A DNA stretch of 64,000 nt from Flammeovirgaceae bacterium (GCA_038129245.1 JAYPLE010000010.1:1521-65520), one strand, 5' to 3'. Counted from the first letter of the stretch, positions 17,167 to 27,805 are shown. Program-made: numbers and translations. The notes: a model not told the origin generated them from the sequence alone.

Positions 17167-18420
17167 TTACGACTGATATTTTCCGAGGACGATGGAAGTA
17201 TTGTGCCCTCCAAAACCAAAGGTATTGCTCATTACAACCTCTACGTCTCTTTTCTGCGCTTCGTTGAAAGTAAGATTTAGCTTTGAGTCTATATCTGGAT
17301 CATCGGTGAAGTGATTGATGGTGGGAGGGATGATCCCTTTCTCAATCGCCAGCAGGCTGGCAACTGCTTCAATTGCTCCGGCTGCACCAAGAAGGTGTCC
17401 AGTCATTGATTTAGTGGAGGAGATATTGAGATTATAGGCATGCTCTCCAAATACTGCCTTTATGGCTTTCAGTTCACCTACATCACCAAGAGGAGTAGAA
17501 GTGCCGTGAGTATTGACATAACTCACTTTTTGACCGTCTATGTTGGCATCTTTTAAAGCATCTTTCATGACTTTCAAAATACCTAGACCTTCAGGGTGTG
17601 GTGCAGTAATATGGTATGCATCTGCTGACATTCCTCCTCCAAGAACTTCAGCATAAATTTTCGCTCCACGGGCCACTGCATGATCAAGTTCTTCAAGTAT
17701 GAGGGCAGCCGCTCCATCACCAAGAACAAACCCATCTCTGTCCTTATCAAAAGGCCTGGAGGCAGTCTCCGGGCTGTCGTTTCTCTCAGATAAAGCCTTC
17801 ATGGCATTAAATCCACCCATTGCCGATTCAACCACACCATATTCAGAACCGCCAGCCATGATCACGTTGGCTTTTCCTAGCCTTATGTAGGTAAACGCAT
17901 CATTGATGGCATGATTAGAAGATGCACAAGCTGAGACAGTAGCAAAATTAGGGCCTCTAAACCCATATTTTATTGAAAGTAACCCAGGCGTGATATCACA
18001 TATCATCTTGGGAATGAAGAAAGGATTGAAACGTGGTGTTCCATCCCCCCCTGCGAAAGACGCTACTTCATCATGAAATGTTTTCAACCCTCCTATGCCT
18101 GAACCCCAAATGACGCCAATCTGATCTTTGTCAACGGATTCCAGGTCTATACCGGAGTCTTGGATCGCTTCTTCGCCCACCACCATCGCGAATTGCGTGT
18201 TGGGGTCCATTTTTCTGGCTTCTTTGCGATCAATATGGTCTTTTACATCGAAGTTCTTTACCTCGCATGCAAATTGAGTTCTAAATTTTGAAGCATCAAA
18301 ACGTGTGATGGGAGCGGCTCCACTGACCCCTTTTTCCAAATTTGACCAGTATTCGTCTTTGGTATTTCCAATCGGAGTAAGTGCGCCGATCCCAGTTACC
18401 ACAACACGTTTTAATTCCAT
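17167..18420 (-). CDS. fabF: beta-ketoacyl-ACP synthase II
   Basis: 417 aa. Active-site region ATVSACASSNHAI, HGTSTPLGD and NTFGFGGHN. Sits immediately downstream of acpP. Confidence 0.95.
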   Translation of the reverse strand: MELKRVVVTGIGALTPIGNTKDEYWSNLEKGVSGAAPITRFDASKFRTQFACEVKNFDVKDHIDRKEARKMDPNTQFAMVVGEEAIQDSGIDLESVDKDQIGVIWGSGIGGLKTFHDEVASFAGGDGTPRFNPFFIPKMICDITPGLLSIKYGFRGPNFATVSACASSNHAINDAFTYIRLGKANVIMAGGSEYGVVESAMGGFNAMKALSERNDSPETASRPFDKDRDGFVLGDGAAALILEELDHAVARGAKIYAEVLGGGMSADAYHITAPHPEGLGILKVMKDALKDANIDGQKVSYVNTHGTSTPLGDVGELKAIKAVFGEHAYNLNISSTKSMTGHLLGAAGAIEAVASLLAIEKGIIPPTINHFTDDPDIDSKLNLTFNEAQKRDVEVVMSNTFGFGGHNTSIVLGKYQS

Positions 18421-18435
18421 AATAGAGAGCTAAAC

Positions 18436-18672
18436 TTATTTTACGTTTTCTTCAAGGTAACTTATTGCCTGACCTACTGTACCGATGTTTTCGGCTTGAT
18501 CGTCTGGAATAGAGATATTAAATTCTTTTTCGAACTCCATGATCAATTCTACAGTGTCAAGAGAGTCAGCGCCTAGATCGTTTGTGAAGCTGGCTTCGGG
18601 TGTAACTTCAGATTCCTCTACTCCCAATTTGTCAATAATAATTGACGTTACCTTTTGAGCAATTTCTGACAT
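18436..18672 (-). CDS. acpP: acyl carrier protein
   Basis: 78 aa. [16 protein letters not shown] carries the phosphopantetheine-attachment Ser. Confidence 0.95.
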   Translation of the reverse strand: MSEIAQKVTSIIIDKLGVEESEVTPEASFTNDLGADSLDTVELIMEFEKEFNISIPDDQAENIGTVGQAISYLEENVK

Positions 18673-18795
18673 TATTTCTAGTATTTAGTTAAAAATTCTG
18701 TGCAAAGAAAGACATTAACGTTATTAAAATCAAAACATATTTCTTCTTTGAAAATGACGGCTTCGTAGAGTTAAATTTCCTTATTTTGGCAGGCG

Positions 18796-19221
18796 ATGAA
18801 GAAAAAAAAGCTAGTTACCTCAATATCATATGACTTTTATCTTCTAGGCATCGTTTGCAGAGCTAAAGAGTACAAATTAGCTTGGCATTTAAACAAGTCG
18901 GGCTTTTTTGATTTAGAGAAAAGAGGAGATATCGTAATCAAGTTCAAGGATAAATCTTCTCTAGTGATTTGTAATTACGTATGTGAAAGCGATTTCCATC
19001 TTCATGCACTACTTAGAAACAAGCTGGTCAAGGGAAATGGTAGAAATCAAATGCTATTGCCGGATTTACCTCAATTTGACTTTTTCTTGAAATTACACTC
19101 CCGAGTCATAGACTTTCAATTTGATGACGTAATTTCGGCAATCAGAAAAATTCCGGAGATTGAGTATTTACTCAAACTTGATGTTAATAAAATTAAACAG
19201 AAGGAAAACTTACTTTATTAA
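18796..19221 (+). CDS. IPExxxVDY family protein
   Basis: 141 aa with a C-terminal IPEIEYLLKLD motif. It sits directly upstream of pyk and divergent from acpP, as this Bacteroidota-specific family usually does. Confidence 0.6.
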   Translation: MKKKKLVTSISYDFYLLGIVCRAKEYKLAWHLNKSGFFDLEKRGDIVIKFKDKSSLVICNYVCESDFHLHALLRNKLVKGNGRNQMLLPDLPQFDFFLKLHSRVIDFQFDDVISAIRKIPEIEYLLKLDVNKIKQKENLLY

Positions 19222-19252
19222 ACTTCTGAAATACAGAATTTAAGCAATTCAA

Positions 19253-20686
19253 ATGTTTGAAACTTTTAAGAAAAAAACCAAAATAGTTGCCACGGTAGGA
19301 CCTGCAAGTCGAAATAAGGAAACACTAGTAGAACTCATCAAAGCGGGTGCAAATGTTTTTCGTATGAACTTTTCTCACGGCACACACGAAGATCATAGGC
19401 AAGTAGTCGAGATGGTAGCGGATATTAATAGCGAGTTAGGGACACATGTGGCGTTATTGCAAGATTTGCAGGGACCAAAAATCCGTGTAAATAAAGTTCA
19501 AAATGATCAGATAGAAATTGAGGACGGAAATGAGCTTTTGATCACAACTGATGAATTGGTTGGTACATCAGAAAAGGTGAGTACCTCCTACAAGGGAATT
19601 GTGAATGATGTGAAAGAGGGAGACATGATCTTAATCGATGACGGTAATCTGGAACTGAAAGTGAATGGAGTAAGTGGCAATGATGTATCAACTACTGTCG
19701 TCCATGGGGGTACACTAAAATCAAGAAAAGGGATTAATCTACCTAATACCAATGTCTCGGCGCCTTCATTGACGCCAAAAGATCAAGAAGATCTTGAATT
19801 TGGGTTACAGTTTGACTTGGAATGGGTCGCGCTATCCTTTGTCCGAAAAGCTTCTGACATAGTGGACTTGAAGGCGAAAATTACTGCAGCAGGAAAAAAC
19901 ACCAAGGTTGTAGCAAAGATTGAAAAGCCAGAAGCAATAGACAATATTGATGAAATCATTGCAGCTACCGATGCGATCATGGTGGCACGAGGTGATCTTG
20001 GTGTTGAAATTCCAATGCAGGATGTACCATTGCTTCAGAAAATTATTGCCAAGAAATGTAATATTGCCGGGAAACCTGTCATTATCGCCACCCAGATGAT
20101 GGAAAGTATGATTGAGAATCCGCGACCTACAAGAGCAGAAACAAACGACGTTGCAAATGCAGTCATGGATGGAGCAGATGCATTGATGCTGTCTGCTGAA
20201 TCAGCGTCTGGAAAATACCCGGTTCATGCGGTAAGAAGAATGAGCCAAACAATTGCCGCAGTAGAAGATAAATCGGAGTCAATCTATCATAAGTTTTATG
20301 AGGAAGATTTTGAATCTAAAACGCAATTGAACGACTTACTTGTCAGAGCTGCTTGTAAGCTGAGTGAATTTGTGAATGCACGTGCATTGGTAGGAATGAC
20401 GAAAAGTGGATATACCGCGTTTCAACTTTCCAAGCATAGACCAAAGTCAGCCGTCTATGTCTTTACCAATAAAAAGCATTTATTGCGCCAGATGAATCTA
20501 GCATGGGGTGTTCAGTCATTTTATTACGACAAAACTGAGAACATAGACGATACACTACATCATATTCAGGAAATACTAGAACGCGATGGCCATTTAGATA
20601 AAGGAGACATTTTCATTAATACAGCTTCCATGCCCTCTCATTGGTCAGGTCATACTAATATGATGAAAGTAACGGAAGTGGAGTAG
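19253..20686 (+). CDS. pyk: pyruvate kinase
   Basis: 477 aa. FRMNFSHGTHEDH, KIEKPEAIDNIDEI and MVARGDLGVEIP motifs. Confidence 0.95.
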   Translation: MFETFKKKTKIVATVGPASRNKETLVELIKAGANVFRMNFSHGTHEDHRQVVEMVADINSELGTHVALLQDLQGPKIRVNKVQNDQIEIEDGNELLITTDELVGTSEKVSTSYKGIVNDVKEGDMILIDDGNLELKVNGVSGNDVSTTVVHGGTLKSRKGINLPNTNVSAPSLTPKDQEDLEFGLQFDLEWVALSFVRKASDIVDLKAKITAAGKNTKVVAKIEKPEAIDNIDEIIAATDAIMVARGDLGVEIPMQDVPLLQKIIAKKCNIAGKPVIIATQMMESMIENPRPTRAETNDVANAVMDGADALMLSAESASGKYPVHAVRRMSQTIAAVEDKSESIYHKFYEEDFESKTQLNDLLVRAACKLSEFVNARALVGMTKSGYTAFQLSKHRPKSAVYVFTNKKHLLRQMNLAWGVQSFYYDKTENIDDTLHHIQEILERDGHLDKGDIFINTASMPSHWSGHTNMMKVTEVE

Positions 20687-20687
20687 A

Positions 20688-22190
20688 TTATAGCTTGTTG
20701 GGATCAAGTGGTACTACAAGAATCACTTCTTCCCTTTCAATTATCACCATACCTGGAGCTAGCCTTTTAGATTTTCTAACATATTTTCTGGGAGTGAAAA
20801 GGACAGGGCATAAAGTGTCAGACTTTCTTTTAGAGAAGTATGCGGCAAGTCCAGCAGCATATTCGATGACATCTTTTGGTATCTTATTTTTCGAAGGGCA
20901 TTTTATGATTACATGAGACCCGGACACATCTTTAGCATGTAGCCACAAATCATCTTTGGATGAGAATCTGGTGGTAAGTTGATCGTTCCGCTTGGCATCC
21001 TTACCAACCCTAATTTCATAGTTATTGTACCAAAAGGTCGAGTAAGGAAGTGCTCTTTGATCGGTACGCTCGGCTTCATTACTGGTTAATTTTCTCAGTT
21101 CTTTCCAGCTGCTTGACTGGTTTATTTTTTCAATCTGAAGTTCTAATTCAAGAAGAAGGTTCTCTTTATTTTTAGAATTTTCAACAAGCTTCTTTATCTC
21201 TACTTTTTCATTTTTTGATTTCTTGTAGAGTAGTTCCGCATTTAACTGAGGAGATAGTTTCTCTTTCAATTTTACCGTAAAGTTTTCATTAGTGTAGAAA
21301 TCAAACAACGTGGCCTCGGTTGCACCATGATCTATTTGGTGAAGGTTTGCCATTATGATATCTGCTATCTCTTTATAACTTCTCCTATTTTTTAATTGTC
21401 TTAGCTTATTTTCAATTTTTCTAAGATAATTCTTTGTTTGATCTCTTTTTCTTTCAAGCGCTTGCGTTGCTTTTGATCTCTCCTGTTCAAAAAGGACATT
21501 TCTTACAAAAAGTAAGTGATACTCATTTACAGCAGTTAAGACATCTTTAAACTTTAACTCATTTTCACTATCGTGTCTTAGTAAATGTAGCTTAGGGTAT
21601 GCTTCTGGCGTGATATAGGTAGATGAAGTAATTAAGTGCGATATGGCTTTTTTTAGTGGTTCATTTTGATGAGTCTCTTTTATGTAATTGCTTACATCTT
21701 CTTTGAGTATTTGTTCTGATTCGGGAATTATGGGTTGTTCGAGTAGATAATTATTCGCTGAAAACGCGCACATTGCTAGTTGAAAATCCTGCTTCAATTC
21801 AGAACGGAACAATGTTTGTAATTTTTCTTTTTCAAAAAGAATAATATTTGATCTCCGTCCATAAAGCTTAAAAATGAGGGTCAAATCCCCGAATTGGATT
21901 TCAAATGAACGGTTAAGGGGATGTGGCTTCACTCCGGTTACTTCTTTGTCTATCAATTCTTGAAACAGATCAACTGAGTTTTTCCGTGCTCTTGAAAATG
22001 AATCCGGGAAAGATAAAAGGGATACAGTAGGGCGGAGATCAGCTCTAATACAAAAAGATCGATCCAGACTGGAAAAAATGAGGACCAGCTCATCTCTGTT
22101 TTGCGAAAAGCATAGCTGTAGGAAATGATTTTTTAACCTATCTCGGAGCGCTAGCGCAATTTTATGAATTAGAAGTGCTTGATGAAACAT
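20688..22190 (-). CDS. NFACT-family RNA-binding protein (RqcH/FbpA-like, DUF814)
   Basis: C-terminal DDLWLHAKDVSGSHVIIK is the NFACT-R/DUF814 motif. Long coiled-coil middle. ATG 22190 (MFHQALL) is preferred, leaving 1 nt after the upstream stop. Confidence 0.7.
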   Translation of the reverse strand: MFHQALLIHKIALALRDRLKNHFLQLCFSQNRDELVLIFSSLDRSFCIRADLRPTVSLLSFPDSFSRARKNSVDLFQELIDKEVTGVKPHPLNRSFEIQFGDLTLIFKLYGRRSNIILFEKEKLQTLFRSELKQDFQLAMCAFSANNYLLEQPIIPESEQILKEDVSNYIKETHQNEPLKKAISHLITSSTYITPEAYPKLHLLRHDSENELKFKDVLTAVNEYHLLFVRNVLFEQERSKATQALERKRDQTKNYLRKIENKLRQLKNRRSYKEIADIIMANLHQIDHGATEATLFDFYTNENFTVKLKEKLSPQLNAELLYKKSKNEKVEIKKLVENSKNKENLLLELELQIEKINQSSSWKELRKLTSNEAERTDQRALPYSTFWYNNYEIRVGKDAKRNDQLTTRFSSKDDLWLHAKDVSGSHVIIKCPSKNKIPKDVIEYAAGLAAYFSKRKSDTLCPVLFTPRKYVRKSKRLAPGMVIIEREEVILVVPLDPNKL

Positions 22191-22191
22191 A

Positions 22192-22953
22192 CTAGCAATA
22201 GACCTTGAGTCCATCCCATGCAAGTTCCATTCTGTCTGGGAGTTCTTTTTGAATTTCTTTGTGTAAACCCAACCTATGACTTACGTGAGTAAAGTATGTT
22301 TTTTGTGCGTTGATTTCAGTTGCCAGTTCAATGGCTTGCTGCAAGGTGAAATGGCTGATATGAGGCTCTTTCTGAAGCGCATTCAAAACAAGAATTCTAC
22401 TACCCTTAATTTTTTCTATTTCAGATGAATCGATATGATTTGCATCTGTTATATAAGTAAAATCACCAAACCTAAAACCAAGCACAGGTAATTTATAATG
22501 CATCACTTCAATTGGAGTTATTTGATGATGAGATACAGTAAAAGGTTTATTCTGAACTTGATTTGGAATAATTCTTGGCGTCCCAGGGTATTTTTTTTCG
22601 GCAAAAACGTATGCAAACTCTTTTTTCAGTTGCTCAATCACTGACATTTGAGCGTAAATAGGCATGTCCATGTCATGCTTGAAATTGAAACTTCTTATAT
22701 CGTCCATTCCAGCCGTATGATCCTTATGGGCATGTGTATACAGGACTGCATCAACCTTTGTTATCCGTTCTCTTAATATTTGAAGCCGAAAGTCAGGTCC
22801 GGTATCTACGACTAAACTCGCATCATCCCAATGAATGTGAATTGAACTTCGAAGTCTGGCATCCTGGTAATCTACAGAGGTGCAAACTGGACACTTGCAG
22901 GCTATGACAGGAACACCTTGAGAAGTACCGGTTCCTAAGAAAGTGACAATCAA
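22192..22953 (-). CDS. MBL-fold metallo-hydrolase, PhnP-like
   Basis: GTGTSQGVPVIACKCPVC (Cys knuckle as in PhnP) and THAHKDHTAG (HxHxDH). 4-nt overlap with the upstream gene. Confidence 0.75.
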   Translation of the reverse strand: MIVTFLGTGTSQGVPVIACKCPVCTSVDYQDARLRSSIHIHWDDASLVVDTGPDFRLQILRERITKVDAVLYTHAHKDHTAGMDDIRSFNFKHDMDMPIYAQMSVIEQLKKEFAYVFAEKKYPGTPRIIPNQVQNKPFTVSHHQITPIEVMHYKLPVLGFRFGDFTYITDANHIDSSEIEKIKGSRILVLNALQKEPHISHFTLQQAIELATEINAQKTYFTHVSHRLGLHKEIQKELPDRMELAWDGLKVYC

Positions 22954-23228
22954 AGTTGAAGTTGATTTTGATTAATATAGTCCATTAATGGACGGTTCTT
23001 GTCACTGAGCTTCTTTCGATCAATTTCAATTGATTTAAGAATATCGATCAGACTGTTGACTTTCCCTTCAAGAGGAAAATATTTATTAACAATCACAATT
23101 TTTGTGTCCCTCAGTATACAGTATCCGGATTGGAACTTTCCTTTTTCATACCTTAGGTGGTAATCAGTTTCTGCGAAGATATCCTCAAGTTTACTTAGAA
23201 ATGATTTTGTGTACTTGATTTGCATCAA
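22950..23228 (-). CDS. hypothetical 92-aa protein
   Basis: ORF with ATGA-type 4-nt overlaps at both ends, which places it inside the operon. No motif recognised. Confidence 0.5.
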   Translation of the reverse strand: MMQIKYTKSFLSKLEDIFAETDYHLRYEKGKFQSGYCILRDTKIVIVNKYFPLEGKVNSLIDILKSIEIDRKKLSDKNRPLMDYINQNQLQL

Positions 23229-23599
23229 CTCTGAGTGTATTGTAATACCATGTCTACCATTTGATCGTAATCAAGCGGCTTTGGTAAAAAATCATTGATT
23301 CCCATTGATTTGAAATCTTCCATGGTATAATTTTTCGCATTTCCGGAAATGGCAATAATGGGGATCTCTTTTATGCTCTCTTTCGAATGGGCTCGTATTT
23401 GCCGGGCACATTCAATGCCATCCATAACCGGCATATTTATATCAAGCAATACCAAGTCGAAGTCATCTTTGTGCAGTTTGTCAAGAACGTCTTTTCCATT
23501 TTTAACTGAAACAATATCATAGTTTTGGATAGATAAAATCTTTCTGATTAGGTTTTGAATCACAGAGCTATCCTCTGCGATGATGATCTTTTTACTCAT
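23225..23599 (-). CDS. single-domain response regulator (CheY-like receiver)
   Basis: 124 aa. IIIAEDSSV, LVLLDINMPVMDG (phospho-acceptor Asp) and IAISGNAK. No output domain. Confidence 0.9.
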   Translation of the reverse strand: MSKKIIIAEDSSVIQNLIRKILSIQNYDIVSVKNGKDVLDKLHKDDFDLVLLDINMPVMDGIECARQIRAHSKESIKEIPIIAISGNAKNYTMEDFKSMGINDFLPKPLDYDQMVDMVLQYTQS

Positions 23600-26500
23600 T
23601 CTTTAATATGTTTTGGTAACTATCGACGAACTCTTGATGCAAGACTTGTAAAAATTCTAGTTGATCTGAGAGTGCATCAAATTTATTTTCTTTTAAGCTT
23701 TTTTCAACAACCGTCGCTTGTTTTGATACTTTTTCAATTCCCAAAGTACCTGCATTTCCTTTTAGTGTGTGCATTAAAATTTTAATCTTTTCGAAATCAC
23801 TTGAATCCAAGGCAGTTTTTGATAGCTCGATTTGATCCTGAGCCTCTAATCGGAAATCTTCCAGTACTGAAGCGATCAATTCTTCACCACCAAATTTATG
23901 TAATTGATTAAGTGTATTTTGATTTATGACAAGTTCGTCTGCCTTTTCACTGAAGACGCTGCTATCCACGACTTTTAACTCAAAGTTGGTCCACTGACGC
24001 ACCTTATCCAATAATAGAGCTGATTTGATCGGTTTTGCTAAGTAGTCATCCAGACCATGATTCATAAACCTGTCTTTATCTTCCTCCATGGAATATGCTG
24101 TCATAGCAATAATAGGTGGTAGGTTGTTGATTCCTATTTCTCTAATTCTTGAGGTCGTTTCAACTCCATCCATTTCGGGCATTTGTATATCCATGAAGAT
24201 TAAGTCAAATTGCTCTTGTTTGATCATTTCAATCGCTTCAAAACCACTTGAAACCGAAACTACTTCGCACCCTGACTTGATCAAAATTTGAGAAGCCACA
24301 TTTCGATTTATGTCAGTATCGTCAACTAGAAGTATAGAGGGGGCATTATCAGTAAATCGTTTTTGAAGATCTGTTTCTGATTTTTCTTTGGAAACAATTT
24401 CTTCGGTAGACCTTTTAGCTTTGAAAGTGAACCAAAATGTACTACCAAGCCCTGGAGTGGATACAACACCGATTTCTCCTCCCATTGATTTCACGAGCTC
24501 TTTTGATATAGCGAGACCTAATCCAGTGCCTGCATACTGTTTTTTATTGGAGCTATCCAGTTGATTAAAAGATATGAAGAGTTTGTCTTGATCCTGAGGC
24601 TGAATGCCAATTCCAGAATCTTTCACCGTTACTTTAAACACACAATTTCTTCTGCTTTCTTTTAAAAGCTGAATATATATATGGATAACCCCTTTCTTAT
24701 TCGAAAATTTAATTGCATTCGAAGTCAGATTACTTACCACCTGTAGTAACCTGGTCTCATCAGTTTGAACAAATTCTGGTATTTTATCATCGACATGATA
24801 ATAAAGCGACGTGTTGTTCTTTTGTGCTGCCTGTGAATACAATTCATACACTTTTTCAAATGTATCCATAAGCCTAACAGGCTTGAGTCTCAATTTCATT
24901 TTGCCTGCTTCGATCTTTGAAAGGTCTAATATGTCATTGAGTATCTCCAGAAGGGTATCCGAAGATTTTTTAATGGTACGTATATATTCAGATTGTTCAG
25001 GATTTAACGTAGTAGCCCCCAGCAGATCAAGCATCCCGATGATTCCATTCATCGGGGTTCGAATTTCATGACTCATATTGGCTAGGAACCGTTCTTTGAT
25101 TTTTAATGAACGCTCTGCAACTTCCTTAGCTTGTTTCAGCTGATTATTGGTTTTTTTCAGTTGAGTAATATCTCGGGCAACTCCTTCGATTTCGTCTCTT
25201 ATTCCCCAGGCATTCTTGATCAATCTAATATTACACAGAAAGTCAATCTCCTCTTTTGTATTAGTTTTAGCTGATCCCTGGAAGTTCTTTACATTTCTAC
25301 TCTGAACCAGCTTTTTTATTAGCTTTTGATTACTCTGTTTGCTAGTAAAATACTTGTCAATTCTTTTTCCAATAAGATCCTTTGGGTGATAGCCTAATAC
25401 TTCTGTTACAGAAGGACTTACCATGGAAATTACGCCATCTAGATTGCATCTGAAATAGATGTCTTGAAACGATTCGAAAATATTTCTAAATTTTTCTTCG
25501 CTTGCTTTTATTGAGATCTGTGCTTGTTTTTTTTCTGTGATGTCATTAGCAATAATCGAGACCTCTTCAATCACACCCCCCTCTTTCACAATAGGGTTGA
25601 TAAAAACTTCTTGCCACAAGGTCTCTTTCCTAAGTGTTTGGGTTTGTATCTGAAAGTTTGAACTATTTCCTTTAAAGGCATCAATGTAATGCTGACGCCA
25701 GGTCCTTATGAAATCCTTCTCGTGGGATCTAAAGTATTCTGTGATTTCGCGGCCAATTTTAGCTTGATTGTTAAAGTGCTTAACGATTGAATTTTCAAAA
25801 TTCTGATTAAAAGACGTTAACCTAAACCTTCTATCGATCGACCATATTTGATGGGAACTGCTCTCAAAAATTGCTTCTAGTCTGGCGCTTTGAGTCTTAA
25901 TCTTTTCTTTCTTAGAGTCTCGGTCTAAAGAAAGGGCAACCATCTCTGCAATAAAGTCTAATAATTCAAGGTCTTTATGGTTGAATGTATTTTGATTCTG
26001 ATAGGAATACATCATCATAACGCCATGATACATATCGAATGAAAAGGGTACTCCTAGCCATATTTTTGGCAGGTCGAGTTTCTCTTTAAGGATATTTTCT
26101 CCGACAATCTTTCTAATTCCATCCTGATAAACAATGAGTGGTTTTTCTCTATCCAATGTATAATCAGACAGTTTCTCATCAATCAAAGTAGGGCTAGATA
26201 AATTGACGCAGATACGGTAAGGGAATTGATATTCATTCTCAGACTTAATTGCGATTGAGAAATTTCTAACTTGTAAATGGCTGGAGAGTTCATTGAATAT
26301 ATGCTTATATAGGTGATCAAGTGAAGATTGCTGGTGCGCGTTATGCGCTATTATATAATAGAGCCCTTGGGCGCTTTCGGCTCGAGCTCTTGCAGTTACA
26401 TCATAGAAGATACATCTGTATTCGACAGGTTTCTGGTTTTCGAATACGCAAGAGATATAGCCACTGACATATATGTTTCTTCCATATTTACCAGTAAGAA

Positions 26501-26840
26501 TAGTTTCGATTTTCTGATTTTCTACTCCTGAGGTAATCTCTTGGAGTTTTTTCAATGAATCCTTTCGCTTTTGAGGGTGAATAATGTCATTGAATTTGAG
26601 CTTGGTTATTTCTTTTTCATAATAGCCTAGCTTGTACTTCCATGCTTGGTTAACAAATCGAATAGATCCATCCGGTGACAATATTTGGATGAGGTCAGCA
26701 CTGCTATTAAAGAGGTTTTTTTGTTGTGTGGAGGTCTTATCCAATAATTCAGCGTACTCAGCTTCTTTAAGTTGAAGTTTTTCCTTCAGCAAAGTAATCT
26801 GATCTTTTAGTCCTTGAATGTCTTTATTGATGACCTCCAT
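23592..26840 (-). CDS. cytoplasmic hybrid sensor histidine kinase (PAS/GAF - HisKA - HATPase - REC - HPt)
   Basis: 1082 aa with no TM helix. H-box MSHEIRTPMNGIIGM; ATPase boxes NLTSNAIKFS, DSGIGI and GTGLGLAISK; receiver ILLVDDTDINR..FMDIQMPEMDG; C-terminal HPt MHTLKGNAGTLG. Several PAS-like segments and one GAF-like segment lie N-terminal. Confidence 0.9.
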   Translation of the reverse strand: MEVINKDIQGLKDQITLLKEKLQLKEAEYAELLDKTSTQQKNLFNSSADLIQILSPDGSIRFVNQAWKYKLGYYEKEITKLKFNDIIHPQKRKDSLKKLQEITSGVENQKIETILTGKYGRNIYVSGYISCVFENQKPVEYRCIFYDVTARARAESAQGLYYIIAHNAHQQSSLDHLYKHIFNELSSHLQVRNFSIAIKSENEYQFPYRICVNLSSPTLIDEKLSDYTLDREKPLIVYQDGIRKIVGENILKEKLDLPKIWLGVPFSFDMYHGVMMMYSYQNQNTFNHKDLELLDFIAEMVALSLDRDSKKEKIKTQSARLEAIFESSSHQIWSIDRRFRLTSFNQNFENSIVKHFNNQAKIGREITEYFRSHEKDFIRTWRQHYIDAFKGNSSNFQIQTQTLRKETLWQEVFINPIVKEGGVIEEVSIIANDITEKKQAQISIKASEEKFRNIFESFQDIYFRCNLDGVISMVSPSVTEVLGYHPKDLIGKRIDKYFTSKQSNQKLIKKLVQSRNVKNFQGSAKTNTKEEIDFLCNIRLIKNAWGIRDEIEGVARDITQLKKTNNQLKQAKEVAERSLKIKERFLANMSHEIRTPMNGIIGMLDLLGATTLNPEQSEYIRTIKKSSDTLLEILNDILDLSKIEAGKMKLRLKPVRLMDTFEKVYELYSQAAQKNNTSLYYHVDDKIPEFVQTDETRLLQVVSNLTSNAIKFSNKKGVIHIYIQLLKESRRNCVFKVTVKDSGIGIQPQDQDKLFISFNQLDSSNKKQYAGTGLGLAISKELVKSMGGEIGVVSTPGLGSTFWFTFKAKRSTEEIVSKEKSETDLQKRFTDNAPSILLVDDTDINRNVASQILIKSGCEVVSVSSGFEAIEMIKQEQFDLIFMDIQMPEMDGVETTSRIREIGINNLPPIIAMTAYSMEEDKDRFMNHGLDDYLAKPIKSALLLDKVRQWTNFELKVVDSSVFSEKADELVINQNTLNQLHKFGGEELIASVLEDFRLEAQDQIELSKTALDSSDFEKIKILMHTLKGNAGTLGIEKVSKQATVVEKSLKENKFDALSDQLEFLQVLHQEFVDSYQNILKNE

Positions 26841-26875
26841 ACAATAAATTTAAGCATTCTACGGATGCGAACTTG

Positions 26876-27805
26876 ATGACAGAAAGACAAAAACCAATAT
26901 TGATAAGTATTGTAGGTCCAACGGCCGTAGGAAAAACGGCATTAGCTATTTCTGTCGCAAAAAAGTACAGCACCGAAATCATTTCATCTGACTCCAGGCA
27001 GTTCTATAAGGAGCTTGAAATTGGCACCGCTAAACCTACCAAGAAAGATCTTAAAACAGTCAATCATCACTTGATTGACAATCTTTCTATTCATGATTAT
27101 TACAGCGTAGGGAGATTTGAGCAGCAGGCAATTGAAATTTTGAAGAATAGCTATCGAGAGAAGAATGTAATGGTAATGGTGGGTGGGTCCGGTTTATATT
27201 GTCAAGCAATATGGCAAGGGATCGATGAAATGCCTGCTATCGACGTCTCAATTCGAGAAGATCTAAACAGGGTTTACGAAAAGAAAGGAATTGCACCTCT
27301 TCAGAGAGAACTAAAGAGTTTGGATCCTGAATATTATGATGTGGTTGATCAGCAGAATCATGCCCGATTGATAAGAGCGCTGGAGGTCATAAGAAGTACT
27401 GGGCAGACCTTTTCTTCCTTTAGAAAAGGTAGTGAATCTGTGGAAAGACCATTTGAAATGGTCAACATTGGCCTTGAAATGGACATATTAAAGCTCTATG
27501 ATCGAATAAACAGTCGTATGGATCGAATGATTGAAAGAGGGTTATTTGATGAAGCAAATCAGTTTTATGATTTTAGAAATCTGAATGCTCTCAGAACGGT
27601 TGGATATCAGGAGATATACGGATTTATTGATGGAAGTTATGATAAAGAAGAAGCCATTCGCCTACTGAAAAGAAATAGTAGGAGATACGCCAAACGTCAA
27701 ATGACATGGTTCAAAAAGGATGCAACCATTAATTGGTTTTCAGTAGGTGATCCCATTCATGGCTTTGAAAAAGTACTAGAGTTTTTAGAGAAGAAGCTTG
27801 GCTAA
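26876..27805 (+). CDS. miaA: tRNA dimethylallyltransferase
   Basis: P-loop GPTAVGKT, SSDSRQFYKELEIGTAKP, and a C-terminal RRYAKRQMTWF. ATG 26876 lies one codon inside the ORF-track TTG. Confidence 0.9.
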   Translation: MTERQKPILISIVGPTAVGKTALAISVAKKYSTEIISSDSRQFYKELEIGTAKPTKKDLKTVNHHLIDNLSIHDYYSVGRFEQQAIEILKNSYREKNVMVMVGGSGLYCQAIWQGIDEMPAIDVSIREDLNRVYEKKGIAPLQRELKSLDPEYYDVVDQQNHARLIRALEVIRSTGQTFSSFRKGSESVERPFEMVNIGLEMDILKLYDRINSRMDRMIERGLFDEANQFYDFRNLNALRTVGYQEIYGFIDGSYDKEEAIRLLKRNSRRYAKRQMTWFKKDATINWFSVGDPIHGFEKVLEFLEKKLG

